From: Lama guanicoe
Taxonomy: Eukaryota
Assembly (NCBI GenBank): GCA_013239625.1
Contig: MU053379.1
Span: 5,456,714-5,514,444 of the forward strand
Length of the DNA: 57,731 nucleotides
Direction: 5' to 3'
In this document: piece after piece, positions 10,420-24,813 of the stretch
Layout: each line of letters begins with the position of its first letter
How positions within the stretch are numbered: the stretch's first letter is position 1
Notes under the pieces: generated by a model
The model's input: the letters and a program-made list of their open reading frames with translations, nothing else
The model's database searches: none
What the model was told of the DNA's origin: nothing
Made by a program: the position numbers and the translations under genes

Positions 10420-12700
10420 CAGGAAGGAGGGGTTGATCTCTTCTTAGGGGTTAGGGAAGGATTCCCTGAGGAAGTGATATTTGTGAGGAAATCTGAATGA
10501 TGTGCAAGAGAGGATGGGGTATGGGGGGAATCCTAGGCAGAAGAAAGAACCCGTGCAAAGGGCCTGAGGCAGAAGGTACAACTGAGAGAAGAGGCAAGAA
10601 AAGGCCTTTGTAGCAGAACCCAGAGGGAGAGCAGGGAATAAGGGAGTGTAGAAGGTGAGCATAGACAGATTCCACATTAAGGATCTTTCCCTTCATCTTC
10701 GGAGTGATAGGAAGCCACTGACAGAGTAGGCCTAAGGACAGGAAGACATTTGCATGTTAATGTGACCTGTGTGAATGCCTAGTGGAAAGTGAAGTGTGTG
10801 TATGAGTAGATACAAGACAAGTTAGGGTCAGGGGTGCAAGCAGGCATCTGGGGAGAACATCATGGGGGAGGTGCTGGTAGCAGTGCAGCTGGACGGTGGT
10901 GGAAGATTCCAGTCATCAGGAAATAAAATCATCATAGTGATATGTAGGAATGGAGGGTAATGGAGAGGGAGTGTCAGGATGGACTCTGAGGTTTCTGGGC
11001 AAACAGGCAGGCAGTGGGTTTCACTGAGACAGGGGAAACTGGATCGGGTTGGGGGCGGGTGAGTGCGAAGAGGAGGGTGTGGGGAGGGGAGTGAAAAGCG
11101 CAAGTTCCACTTCAGACATGGTGAGCTCGAAAGGCCTTTGGGACACTGCATGTAGATGTTGAGTAGGCACGTGGAGGCCTGGGTTTGGACTCACATGAGG
11201 ACGGGAAGTTGTCAGCAGAGAGATGATCATGAGAATGAGGGCTGGATTGCCCAGAGAGATGAACTTGGAAAGAAAAGAGAAGGAGCCCCAGGATGGAGCT
11301 CGGAGGCACACCCACAGATTAGGGCTGTGCAAATGAGGATACACCTGCAGAGGCTGAGAAGGAGGGACTGAGAGGTGGGAGAAAACCCAGGAGAGTGGAC
11401 GTAGGGAAGGAAATGAACAGAAGGAAGCCAAGAGTACCAGGAAAGTGAGAGGAGTCAATGGGGAATGCTCTGAGAGTTGGGTAGGACGAGGATGGAACCA
11501 CCAGCTTTGGTTCATGACAGGCCTGGGGACTGTTGGTGGCTTTAAGGAGCGTTGTTCTGCAGTGATCAGTACACATATGTAAACTAAAAAAAATACGTGC
11601 AGTATATTGTATATATGTATTTACATGCAATGTAATGTATATGTGCAGTCAAACTGTAACAATTCTAATAAAACTGAAAAAGGAAACAAAACTCATAAAA
11701 ATAAAGGAGTACTGTTTCTGCAGAGTGATGGAGAGGGTCAGATGGCGGTGGTCTGACGGCAAGGGATGAAGGAGGCAGTGGGTCTTTTGAGAAGAATTTG
11801 TGTGAAGGGGAGGAGAGAGATGCTGTGATGGGGTCAGTGTGTGTGTTGGGGGGAGGTACGTTAAAAGGTTGGAGAGACCTGAGTTTGTCTTCAGGCTGAT
11901 GGCACATCAAGGGGAGAGACTAATTAAGGGTGTGGGAAATAGGGGCAATAGTCAGCGAGCGAGGACCACGAGCACGTGCCGGGCGTGGGATCAGGCCGTG
12001 GGTGGAGGGGTGGTCTGGGAAAGGAGGAGGGATGACTTCTCTCGAACCAAAAGAAGGAACAAAGAGAGGATGCGTGCAGATGAAGATGTAGGTTTGTAGT
12101 GGGATGTTAAGGGAGATTTCATCTTGAGCTGCTATTTTTTTCTGCCAAGTGAGAGGCGAGGTCTTCCGCTGAGAGCAAGAAAGAGGTGGTGAGGAGTTTG
12201 AGGGAAGGAGGGGAGTTTGCATTCAGAGACTTGAGGAGCAAACTTGCCCACGAAATCCCCAACTGCCTGACAGTGTTGACAACCCAGTTGGTTGTGGTCA
12301 GTAAATGCTGTGTGTCCTGTCAGCTGGGTGATTTCGCCCACCATGGCTCACCTGCCCATGTGAAGGCAGGGGAAAGTACTTAGTGGGGTTTACCCAGGCC
12401 CAGGGCTTTGCCAGATGGTTAGGGGGAAAGGGCACAGGGATCTAAAGTTTTGGGAAAAGAGATGCCCAATTCTGTGGCCCTGGATCTAGGCTGGGCAGAG
12501 AGGGAAGTGAAGACAGATGGGGTCAGTTTTCAGGGACAGTGAAAGCCTTTGTGGACTGGGCAGCCACAAGGTCAATAACCAAGAAGCTGAGCTCAGAGAG
12601 GGCTAGCAACCCCAAATGATGGCTATGCCCTGGTTACTGACTGGGTGGCTGGATGGGCCACTCACTGAGGCAGTGAACAGTGTGATGAGCATGCAAGTCA
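10420..12700 (-). mobile_element. Cluster of degenerate LINE-2 fragments
   Basis: Purine-rich plus strand with L2 antisense motifs (ggaagccactg, aagttccacttcagacatggtgagctcga, gtagatgttgagtaggca). Confidence 0.55.
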
Positions 12701-15700
12701 TTGGGAAGATGGAAGATTTTTTTCATCCCTCCAAGAACCAGTTTTCATCCCCTTAGCCCCAGCTGAGAATGCCTGCCTTAGTGAATTCCCTGAAGGCAGA
12801 CTAGGGGTCCTCCTGTTGGCTGCATTATCCCCAGTCCTAGTCAATAAGTACTGGCCAATGATGGGTGCTTATAGCCCGTCTCCTGAAGAAGTGAGGAGGG
12901 CAGAACAGGCAGGGCACATACCATGAATCCAGGCCTGGACGCAGACATGTGAAAGACTTGTAGGAGGCAGTAGAGAAGGAACTGGGTCTTCCATCCTTCT
13001 CTGACCTTGGAAGAAATAGAGAACTGGTATTAAATTAAAAAAACAAAAACAAAGACAAACCAGGATGGCCTAATATCTTTTGTCTGGCAACAGGTTGTTT
13101 GTTTTTGTTTTGTTCCTAATAAAAATCATTTTAGGCACTTACGTTTTGTCCTTGGCTCCTGGGAGGCTACCTCTTCTGTAGACAATTTCTTTATTTCTTG
13201 ATTTTCCAAATCATCCCCTTCACTGAATTGCCTTGGGGCCCAAGCATAAAATCAAAACGTTAAAGTGATCAAAGATAACATGGCAATAATTAAGACAGCA
13301 ACAAACAAAACAGTGCAGTCAAAAAAAAAAAATTGGCCTCAGAGCATTTTCCCACCAGTTAGAAAAAAGGTGTCTTTGTAGTGGTAGGAGCCAGAAGCTT
13401 CCAGACCCCTCACCTGTGAGTGCCTCTTGGGTACGCAGGCTGCCTCAACTGTCCTGAACTCTCCAGCAGGGCTTTCAGGAAACGAGTGAAGGAAAGACTG
13501 TCAGCTGAAGGGAAGGAAACTAAGCAGACAGGGCTGCATGCCCTTCTCTTCCCAGAAGGAGTGGCTTCTGCACAGAGGTGGGAGGCAGCACCATATAGGG
13601 AGAGGTTATCGGGCCAGGAGTCAGGACACTACGTTTTTGGCCTGACTCTGCTGTGTGACCTTGGGCCAGTCTCTTGACCTCTCTGATCGTCAGCATTTTT
13701 TCTGGTTTGAGAGGTTGGACAAGACCCTACCAGGACAGATACTCTCAAAAGAGAAGCCCACCTAGGAAGGCTGCTTTTGCCCTCAGAACCCAAAGACAGC
13801 CCCTTCATCCACTGTGACAAAGGGTTCTCTCTGTGCCAAGTCACATGCGCCAGCAGATTTCCTATGGCCTCCTTCCCTCTCCTGGGATGTCAATTTCTCT
13901 CTTTCCTTTTTTTCAACCTCACCGGAGACTGTAAAGGTTATACGAGATTTAAAAGTTACTGAAGTAACAAGTCGAACAATTCATAGACGTATAAAGACCA
14001 ATTTACTCTTTCCCTCTCTCATCCATTCCCAGCCCACTTCCCCACACTCAGCCCCTCCCTTCCCCAAACAATCTTAGGGGCCTGACGTCAGATCCCTTCC
14101 TGTCCTTTCTCCATGCAGACAGACACAGACACGCTTCATAGGGTTTCAATGCGCTTTTCCATTCTCTCTTCTTTCTTTTTTTACAAAAGGGGATCATACC
14201 AAAGACACAAATCTGTAACTTGCTATTTTTGTTTAATAACATAGCAGAGCCTTTCTCCAGACAGGTGGATCTGCCACGGCCTTTTGAGTAATAGTAACAG
14301 CTCACATTTTCACAGTGGGTACCATGAGCCAGCGCTGTGCACCCTAGGAAACACATAACTGGCTATCAGCCCTGTTTATAGATGAGGAAACTGAGTTCCA
14401 GAGAGGCCGCGCAGCCAACGGGCGGCAGGATTCAGACAGGCTCCAGCAGCTGGATGCTCTTAACCGGCTCCCGGTGGGATGACTGACAGACGGAGGTGGC
14501 AGATGTGAGACAGGCTAGCCCCTTCTAGTTGTTTCACTAACGCAGCAGTGCCGCCCTGAACCTCGTAACTACGTCCATGCAGACTGCAGCTTTAATTTTT
14601 GAATTTTGAATTTTAATTTGGAATTTGGAATCAAAAGTGGGCTGGAGGAGATGTGTGGGTTTATTTTAATAGCTAAAGCCAGACTAAACGCCAAAAGGGT
14701 TGAAGCAATCCACAGTCTCATCAGCATCATTTCTTCTTTATCTGGTTTTATTTCTCAGAGCTGAAAGGGTCCTTGCGGAGCACGGAGCCCAGCTCCCTCC
14801 TCCTGCCCATAAGGAAGTGGGCCCAGACATGGGAGCTGACTGTACTCCCTAACACTGCCAGAAGCCTTGGAGAGGCTAGAATCCTGAAAGCACACACACT
14901 AAAGGGACAGTGGTGACCAGGAAGTCTAAGTCCAGCCTGCCTGTTAGCCCGGGGCCCATCACCCTTGCTGCAAACCTCCTGCACAGCTGGGGTCGTGACC
15001 TCAGAGCGCACTCTATACTCCCCGTCCTTAGTGAACTCTCTCTTAATTAAACCTCTAATGGAAGTATGGAGAGTCACTGAATCATTGGTTGCACTTGTAT
15101 TGATTTGAAAAGGAGGAGTGCGAGGAACATAGCACAAGAGTGAGGGTGGCTATTTTTACATGGTAGGACTTAAGCACTTTCTTAAGTGCTCTATTTCATT
15201 GTCCTTAGGGCACATGACTAGTGAGCTAAGACCATAGCATTCTTTGCCTTAGATTGAATCCATTCTGTCCATAAAGGTCATTTTTAACCAAGTACACAAT
15301 CTTACAAAAGGGGCTGATAGATACAGTAGGGGCAACTCTGGATCTAGGGGGAAGACGTGATCTAGAAGAAGTCTAGAAGACAGGACCCATTTGGTCCAAC
15401 TATAGGCTGCCCGGAGAAGCCATGGGACACTTGTTGAAAGAGAGCCCGAAATTTGGTGTTTCCTCCTTTTCAGACTGACTCCTTCACATTGATCACATTC
15501 CCCGTGGGTAGGAAACCAAAGGCTCTGTTTCTTCCTTTTCTGCTGTCCCTTTTTGTGCCTCTTTTTAACCCACCCACGACGATGCCCAACAACCTTTCAG
15601 TGCGTGCTCACTGACCACCCACATCCATACGCTGACACCCCACGTCCACACATGAATCGTTCACACCAGCACGACAACATGCACACAGCTGCTCTCTGTC

Positions 15701-16574
15701 TGGCCAGCTCCCCTGGAGGAAGTTGTAGTTGGCGGGCCTGACGAAGTGCCCCTTATCAAGACACATCATGTGGCCTCCTGTGGCCTGAGGGTGAGTTTGC
15801 CTCCCTGTACCTGAGAGAAGAATGTTGCTTCACACTTTTCACATGAACTGAAGATACCAACAGGTGCCTGATGTAAGTGACGTTCACAGTTTCCTTGGTT
15901 GGAGGAACCTTGTCGCGGGAAAGCCTGTCACCAACACGTACGTGATTCCAAGACTATTTTTAAATGGCAGCACGCGTCACAAAGTGTACATAGTTGAGCA
16001 ATTTCATCAGCAGACTCTTTCCTTGGAAAGAATTTTGTGTCACCCACGAAGAGGTGGTACCCCCTCTGCAGGTGCCTTTACTAGTCTCTTTGGGGCCGTC
16101 AAGGCAACTACCATTTCCCACTTGGTTTCCTCAAGTCACGAAGAGAAGGCAAGGCTTGTGCCCATGGTGAACAGGATGCTGTGACCCCTGGGTTCCCACA
16201 GGGTTCTCTTCTCCGTTCCCAAGGGCTGTGTCGACAGAGGAGGGAGGCATGCATGCTGGAGCCCTGGCCTGCTGAGGGAGCAGCTGGGTGGTGATGCTTG
16301 CGCTGCCTTGCTTGCTTTCACTGGCCCCAGAAGATTCTGGGTTCCCACTGGGAATGGGGGTGAAGGCTTCCGTGAGAGTAACCGATTTCCCAGAGAAGAG
16401 GGAGGGCCACATTTCACCGTCCCTGGAGAAAGGAGATTATTTAGAGGGTGTGGGTTTGTTTCTATGAAGATTCTGGGAGGAGGTCCACATGTGAGCCTGT
16501 CGTGTGCTTTTACATCTGTCTGTATGAGTGTGTGTCCTGAAGGGTGAATTCCCACTTACATCACACTATTCTGT

Positions 16575-16616
16575 CACACACACAACACAGACACAGACAC
16601 ACACACGCACACACAA
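16575..16616. repeat. Imperfect (CA)n microsatellite
   Basis: cacacacacaacacagacacagacacacacacgcacacaca. Confidence 0.8.
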
Positions 16617-18799
16617 CCCATGACACATTCCTTCTCCACTCACCCTTGCTTGACCACAGCTGTTCTCAGAGGTTAGGTTAATATTCCGTTTCTTCAAATG
16701 GCAATGGATCAGATGTGAATGACTCAAGCTCGTGCTCTTCTAAGTGGAAAAGCTGAAATGTGGACCCTGGCAAGTGCCCAGTGTGATATTCTTGACCACT
16801 GACTCAGACTTTGCACTCAGTCTTTGGGTCATCAGTCTTGGAGCAAGGGTTTCCGTGCTCTGTGTCCATGACTGAAAGCACTAAGGTCTCCCGGGTCCCA
16901 GACACCCCCAGTCAGTATGAGGGGGCTCAGTGACCACAGAGCCCAGGGTGCATGCTGGTGCTTTTAAGGGTTGGCTTCAGCGTGTACTTTCTACTATTGA
17001 CCTCAGCATTGTACACCTGCCTGTCAGGTTTCTTTACCATAAATGTACTTAGTAACTCCCCTGCCCGGTTTGCACACTATCCTCTGTGGAAGGAAAGTCT
17101 GTGCACAGCTCACAGGTGAAAGGATGGGGTTTGATTCCCCCTCTCTGAGGGCAGGAGTATGGACTTCCGTTGCTGGAATTCTTCTGGAGAGGAGATTTGT
17201 TTCTCCTCTATTCATTTTCACTCAGTCATTCATTCCTTCACTCCACTCACTTATTCATTCACCCCCTAACTCATTCATTGATTCATTTTCTTATTTATAT
17301 ATTCTCTCACTCATTCACACATGTCAACATGGACTCCTGGATTCTCATAGCTATTTTTTTGGAAGAGGCAGGAAAGGATTTTGCTGTTGCTTGTGCACAT
17401 GCAATGCCTAGGGAAGACAGATGCCACCATGTGGACACAAGACTGTCACTCCCCTCCCTCACAGCTCATGGCCCACACTTGACCTTTCTGCTGTGATAAC
17501 ATTATCCATTTCTTGGTGTTGCAGAGCCCTGGGCTCCTCTGAGCACCAAACTGCAAAATCTGAACCCACCTTGCTTCCCATGTTAGTGCCATGTGTTCCC
17601 TCCACAAGCGAAGGTTCTCACCATCCCTCCTTCACATGGGCACACAGGTTGTCCTTCCAGACAATGCACGATGCTGAAACACAGCAGGTCTCAGCTCTGG
17701 TTAAATCAGAAGGAGAACTTTGGAAACTGCCCGTTTTTCAGCCCCACCAGAACCCTCACTCCAAGTCTATGGGTGCATCCTGGGCATCAGTTTTAAAAAG
17801 CTCCTAGGTAATTAAAATGCCCACCCAGGCTTGAGACCCCCGGGAATGATTTTGTTCTTCACAAGACTGTGAGCATCTTGAAGGTGACACGGTTTTCCAC
17901 ACTCTGCCTTAGAAATGCAATATTTCATAAATGATTGCTGAACGAACTGAATGTACTCACATATCAGACAGCTTCTACTGCCTTACCAGGCCAGCAGTCT
18001 CAAGGGTTGGAGACGGGGTTGCCTGGTGATGCCACCTTGCTGACGGACCGTACAACACTGTAACACCTCGTATCCCCTCCCCATGCCTCCCCTCCGAGGT
18101 TGAAGGAGGTACATGAAAGAGTGAGCCACCCTCTCACTGATCCCCAGCTTGGGAATCAAGCCTCCCTATATATATATTGGAAGGCATCACCTAAACTTGG
18201 ATTTACGAGGCAAATTGCCTTTAACTGGGACCAGCTCTAGGAAACATGCTGAGAAATGGGGTAAGTGTTTTTAGAGATTCCCTTCAAATTTAGCCAAGCT
18301 GAATGACATCTTCTCCACATGCTCCGTTCTTGGATCCGAATGTGTGTGGAGGATTCCTTCATCTACCATGTTGGGAACACAGAGCTTTAGTGTTTGGGAA
18401 ACAAGCCTAACTATATACACGGGAATTCTGTTCTAAAAACGAATGTTTAATATTTGAATGCAACTGTAACCATGACATCATTTTATTAAATAGTGATCTT
18501 TGGTAACATAACATAAAATCATAAACTGTATTATAAATGCCTTCTTAAAACATTACCCTGTACAGTAAATATACTACCTAAGCTCTGTATATATGTTAAT
18601 TATGTTTATAAGTATTATTGTCAACATAGACTTCTCTTACATTCCATGTTTTCAAGCCACTTGAAATTTTTAATTTTAATTTTCAGTTAATTAGTGGTAG
18701 ATAATTTTTTAAATTATTATGAAGCTAAAATACACTGAAGTAAAATTAGGGTGAAAGTGATTTAATTCACTTAGTTAAAATAAACTATTGATGTGTATG

Positions 18800-20080
18800 A
18801 AAACATACAGAACAGATGTTCACTCACATACATTTCAAAAATGTTCTCCTAGGGCAGGCTACCCAAGCAATAGAAATAAAAGTAAGAACAAATGGGACCT
18901 AATTAAACTTACAAGCTTCTGCACAGCAAAGGAAACCATAAGTAAAACAAAACGACAACCTACAGAATGGGAGAAAATTTTTGCAAATGAAACAGACAAA
19001 GGCTTGATCTCCCGAATATATAAGCAGCTCGTAAGACTTAATAAGAACATAAAACAATCCAATCCATAAATAGGCAGAAGACCTAAACAAGCAATACAAA
19101 GAAATACAATAGAAAGAAATACAAATGATCAATAGGCACATGAAAAAATGCGCAATATCACTAATTATCAGAGAAATGCAAATCAAAACTACAACGAGGT
19201 ATCACCTCACACCAGTCAAAATGGCCATCATTCAAAAGTCCACAAATGACAAATGCTGGAGAGGCTGTGGAGAAAGGGGAACCCTCCTCCACTGCTGGTA
19301 GGAATGCAGTTTGGTGCAGCCACTGTGGAAAACAGTATGGAGATTCCTCAAAAGACTAGGAATAGACTTACCGTATGACACAGGAATCCCGCTTCTGGGC
19401 TTATATCCAGAAAGACTCCTACTTCAAAAGACACCTGCACCCCAATGTTCATAGCAGCACTATGTACAATAGCCAAGACATGAAGACAGCCTAAATGTCC
19501 ATTGACAGATGACTGGATAAAGAAGTGTGTATATTTATACAATGGAATACTACTCAGCCATAAAAACCGACAACATAAAGCCATTTGCAGCAACATGGAT
19601 GCTCCTGGAGAATGTCATTCTAAGTGAAGTAAGCCAGAAAGAGAAAGAAAAATACCATATGNNNNNNNNNNNNNNNNNNNNNNNNNNNNNNNNNNNNNNN
19701 NNNNNNNNNNNNNNNNNNNNNNNNNNNNNNNNNNGCGGAAAACAAAAAAAAAAGTACAAAACAGAAACAGACTCACAGACATAGAATACAAACTTGTGGT
19801 TGCCAAGGGCGCGGGGGGTGGGAAGGAACAGACTGGGATTTCAAAATTGTAGAATAGATAAGCAAGATTATACTGTATAGCACAGGGAAATATATACAAC
19901 ATCTTATGGTAGCTCACAGTGAAAAAAATGTGACAATGAATGTATATATGTTCATGTATAACTGAAAAATTGTGCTCTACACTGGAATTTGACACAACGT
20001 TGTAAAATGACTGTAACTCAATTAAAAAAAAAGTTAAGAAAAAAAGATACATAATAAGTTAAAGAAAAAAAAGAAATTAA
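18800..20080 (+). mobile_element. 5'-truncated LINE-1 (ORF2 C-terminus + 3' UTR + A-tail), disrupted
   Basis: ORF2 motifs [30 protein letters not shown] and IYTMEYYSAIK...FAATWMLLENVILSEVSQ, with an A-rich tail at about 20020-20080. Contains an assembly gap. Confidence 0.95.
19662..19734. other. Assembly gap (73 N)
   Basis: Run of n characters. Confidence 1.
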
Positions 20081-22049
20081 AAGATGCCTTGCAAGAAGTC
20101 TGGGCCAACCCCCCACCGTACCCCCCCATACACAGGATTCTCACTCTCAGCAGCTCCTTTAGTCAAGGGACCCCAGTCCCTCAGCCTTTCCCATCTCAGG
20201 TCTTAAGCATTTGCAACCTGCTGGGCTACTGCTGCTGCAGCCTTCCCCTCCCGGGTTCAGCTCTGGAGAATTCAAACAGCTCCTGGGAAAGGCCCTGCCC
20301 TCAGGGCTATCCCCGCAGGGCAGTCGAGGATGGGCTTGGGGAAGTCACGGGCATGGTTACCAGGAGAGACTTCATCTCATGCTGCTCTCGGCTCCTCTCC
20401 CAGCATGAGGTCCTCTTCTTATGATCTCTCAGAAAAAATAATGACCAGTGAGTGATTTCCCCCAGCCAGTGACAGGACAGGGCCCAGCCACATCTGAAAG
20501 TGTGGTTGAGCACGAGTGTTCTGTCCCCAAAAGCACAGGCAAAATGAGCCCCTTTAATAAGCGCTTGTAAAGGCATGCGTGGGGCCTGTAAAGCTTTTTT
20601 TCACCAACATTCCATTTGTTTATTGCGACTTCATGGTTTTCCAAATTGGAGAAAGCTATTTCAAACACGTATGATACACACATGGGAGTTTCCAGAGAAG
20701 AATAGACCTCTGGCAGAAACCCCCTCCAGCCCAGGGCAGCCACCCTGCCTCCCCAGTGCCCCCTCCAGCACCACCATCCCTGCCATGGGCTTCCCATTAA
20801 GTTACTGCTAGTATTACTTTTTAAACACGACTGACAGAGTTCACGGTGTCTTTTGCAGTAATAGTATAGTCCAGGACTTTTAAGAAAAAAACAAACAATG
20901 AAGACGAATGTGTTGGCCATGTGATTGGGAAAAAAAAAAGATAGACAACAAGAGGCAGGAACCAAGCCAAGAGATAGACACTTTTCATTTTCTTCACGAG
21001 ACTGGAGAGTCTGCTAGCCCTCACTGGGCACCACCTTTAAATGAATTCCGGCTACAAACCAGAAGACTCATGCTGTGGGGTCTTCAGTGCAGCTGGATCC
21101 GAGCTGCACGGCTCAGCTTTTCCTCACAAGGCTGGCACGACTTAGTGGGGGCCACCTGGTGTTCAGGTGGGGCTGCTCCCGTGGTTTCAAATAATTTTTG
21201 GCCCTTTGCCGACGGCTTCGTTCAAGTCTCCCGCCTTTATCCGCAATGAGTTCTAACCTCTGGAGTCAGCAGGAGCGGGGGCATCGGCATCTCCTGGGAG
21301 ACTCGGGGTCACAACAGACGCTTGTTATTTCTCATCCTTCACATCTGCACACGCAGCGCTGGGCTCACGCCTCAAACCCGCCGGGGGGGGGGGATGGGTC
21401 CTCTCCAGCACTTCCCTCCCGAACACAAATATGTGTGTGTCACAACCAGACCCTGGCAGCCCAGACCGAAAGCCTGCCTCCTTTCCTGGCACTGTTACCA
21501 GGACACGCATCCAAAGAGGAGGGAGAGACTCTGTGGACAGGCGAAGAGGGGGCTGGGCAGGATGCAGGGATGGGGGATCGGAAGGAATAATAGCAGATGC
21601 TCTCTGAGCATCCCAGCCGCCAAAAGCACCCGACGCCTCAGTCAAGACCTTGATCTCAGCGATGCTGCAACATCTCTGTTCATCTTGGGTGTAAATTAGG
21701 GCCAGCACCTCAGCAGGATTTGCCCGGGACCTTCTCGGTTTTGGCACCAAATTTCCTATGTTCCAGGAAAACCCCCAGTCCCAGTCAAAGGACTAGGTCA
21801 CCCCACAAGGACCACAGACACAGGCATTTGAGAGATGTAAAGGCATGCCATGCATTTCAAAGAGTGACACTAGAAACTAGCTTTGCTCTTGTGCCTTCTC
21901 CAGAGCACTTGCATTACTCTGCACTTGTTACTGAAGGACGCTGGCAGGGATCAGGCATTGGAGAAGTGGAAACTTCAACCATTAAACTAGCAAGACGGAC
22001 TTCCCCAAGGAGTGAGCTTGTGGTTCTGAGCAGACAGTGCAGAGAGCTT

Positions 22050-22508
22050 CAGCCATAAAAAAGAATAAAATATTGCCACTTGTGGCAACATGGATGGACC
22101 TAGAGATTATCATACTAAGTGAAGTCAGTCAGAAAGAGAAAGGAAAATACCATATGATATCACTCAGATGTGGAATCTAAAATAAAAAGACATGAATGAA
22201 CTTATTTACAAAACAGAGACAGATTCACAGACATAGAAAACAAACATGGCTGCCAGGGATGGAAGGGGGTGGGAAGGGATAAACTGGGAGTCAAGATTTG
22301 CAGATACTAACTATTATATATGAAATAGATAAACAACAAGGTCCTACTGTAGAGCACAGGGAAATACATTCAATATTTTATAGTAACCTGTAATGAAAAA
22401 GAATATGAAAAGGAACCTATGTATGTGTATATATGAATGGAGCGTGATGCTGTGCACCAGAAATTGACACATCATTGTAAATTGACTATAGTCCAATTTA
22501 AAAAAAGA
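22050..22508 (+). mobile_element. LINE-1 3' fragment
   Basis: cagccataaaaaagaataaaata...gcaacatggatggacctagag...3' UTR...A-tail. Confidence 0.92.
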
Positions 22509-24514
22509 TTCAAAGAATCTGAATTTAAGTTAGTACCGAATCTTAGGGAAAAACAAAACCACTGAATGCCTCAGGTGTCAGTTTACCCATCCATTAAATG
22601 GTAGCAAACTTTCTCTCCTAATTAAGAAATTCTTGTGAAAATCACAGGCTCTCATGTACATTAACATGCTTTTAACACAGGCCTGAACACTAGACAGGGA
22701 AGTAAGATGACAGCTGTTCCCAGCAGTCTCTCTCTGAGTAACGTGATGACTGACAGCCAGGCGGCAGGAAAGGCCCTGCTGTGTGTTAGGCCCCTCCCAG
22801 GGGTGGCAGGGAGTTAAAAGGAGGCAGAGGCACCGACCGTGTGTCCCACACTCGGGAGGACAAGGTAAATGTGTGTGGTCAGAAGCAGGCAAGACAAAGA
22901 TGGTAAATGATCGAACCAGACGTGCTGCTGGTATGTACCAGAGAAGTTCAGGAGAGAACATGTGTTCAGCGCAGATGTGACAAGCTAAAAACTGTGAGGG
23001 ACCCACCTCCGCTGTGCACTGTCTGAGATGCACCGTCCTCTCTCATCAACACATACATTAGGGAAGTCTCAGTCTTCCCCATGTGAATTTTCACAGGTCA
23101 TAGGTCTTGGGAGTGTAAGTGATTAAGACTTTCCTCTGCAGGAAATTCCACCTGGGACATTTACTCGCCCATTGATTTAGGAAGAAGTATCACGTCCTCA
23201 GGTGCTCAGACTCCGTGTCCTCTCCTGCCGGCTCTGGTCCCCGGGCCCCGGCACCATGCCCATCCTCCCCTCGGCCTGAGCACCTTGGATGTGCAGTGAC
23301 CTCAGCTGGAAGCCCTGGAAACCCCCTCTGAAGGTTTTTCTCTGACTGCAGGTCTCCCCCTGGAATTCTGGTGGACGTGTGAGCCGAAAGGAGCTTTCTA
23401 CCCCTGTCTTTCTTTAGATTTTAAAAGAGCCTCAGTGATGAAGAGATGCCCATATTCCAGCAGCCTGATCAACCACTCAGCATATAATGCAAGATCATCT
23501 GACCATTCAAATATGACTAACCCCAAATTTCTCATCGTCAGGGGCCAAAACTCGCATTTCTACTCCTCCTGATGTGGCAACCCTGTTGAACATGCCCCCC
23601 TGTAGCTGTGACATGGAGCTCCCTGGATTCGTGCCCCTGGTCACTTCTGACACTGGCCCCTCTGCCCTGAACGGGGCTGCCTCTGGGGCCCTGACACCAG
23701 CCTCCATCCCCTCTCCCCAGGCCCAGCTGTCTCTGCACCTGACACCCTCCAAGCTCTGGCCTCCATGTCAGAGCAGGCAGGACCTCTTGTACACACATTC
23801 TACCAGAAGCTCCAAGTCGGAGTAAACATGTTACTGCCATTCCCCCCGCAGCCACGGTGAGTCTGCCCCTCCTGTGGTCCTTCCTGCCCGAACGGCGTGA
23901 CCACTCACCCCACCGTTTGGACCAGGATTTCTAGAATCGTCTTTATGGCAACTTTCTGTTTTATTCTTCATTCCAGTAACTCACCAAGTCATCAGAAATG
24001 TCACCTAGATGCTCATTGGACCCGGCCTCTCCTCTGTTTCTCTGGCTTTTCCCCCCCTCAGTTTCTTGCCGGCAACTCGTGAAGTAAACTTCTAATTGAT
24101 TTATCAGCTTTTAGTCTCTCTCCCCAGCAATGATTTCTATTCGCTGCCGCCAGTTAATGTTCTCTTTTAAAATCACTTAATTATAAAAGTAATGAGATGA
24201 CTGTAAAAATTAAAACAACAGCAGGGCAGGAGGAAAAAGTGAGTCTTTATTACAGTCCCTCCGACCCTGCTTCAAGCGTGTGCAGAAATAGCGCTGCCCG
24301 CGGGGGTCAGTGCTTCTGCCGAGACGTCGGGGCAGCCTGCTTCGTCCTTTGGGTAACCTGCTTCGATTCTTCAGACGCTTTCAGAATTTTCTCTTCATCT
24401 TGAAACTCCCTCAAGAGCTCTGCAAGTCTTTCAAGACTTATTCTGCCCAAATTCTGTCTGAAGATGCCTACGTTTCTTCAGCCAAGACTGATTTTCTTCT
24501 ATTACTTCTCTCAG

Positions 24515-24813
24515 TGATTTTCCCACCCCAACTCATCTCTGCTTTCTCTTCACAGAATCCTACTGGATGGACACTGGCTTTGTGACTCTCCCTCCAGTCT
24601 CTGTCCTTTCTCCACATTTATCATCTCTTTTTCTTCCAAGGAATGGCATGTTGCCCCACCTATATGATTTTCCCACCCCAACTCATCTCTGCTTTCTCTT
24701 CACAGAATCCTACTGGATGGACACTGGCTTTGTGACTCTCCCTCCAGTCTCTGTCCTTTCTCCACATTTATCATCTCTTTTTCTTCCAAGGAATGGCATG
24801 TTGCCCCACCTAT
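24515..24813. repeat. Perfect tandem duplication, period 150 bp
   Basis: 24515-24663 is identical to 24665-24813. The ORF track shows the duplicated peptide MDTGFVTLPPVSVLSPHLSSLFLPRNGMLPHL. Confidence 0.97.

Noticed and set aside
18788..19784. Protein-coding ORFs (also 46853-47257 and 50438-50794)
   Set aside because: Fragments of LINE-1 ORF2 in 5'-truncated, frameshifted elements.
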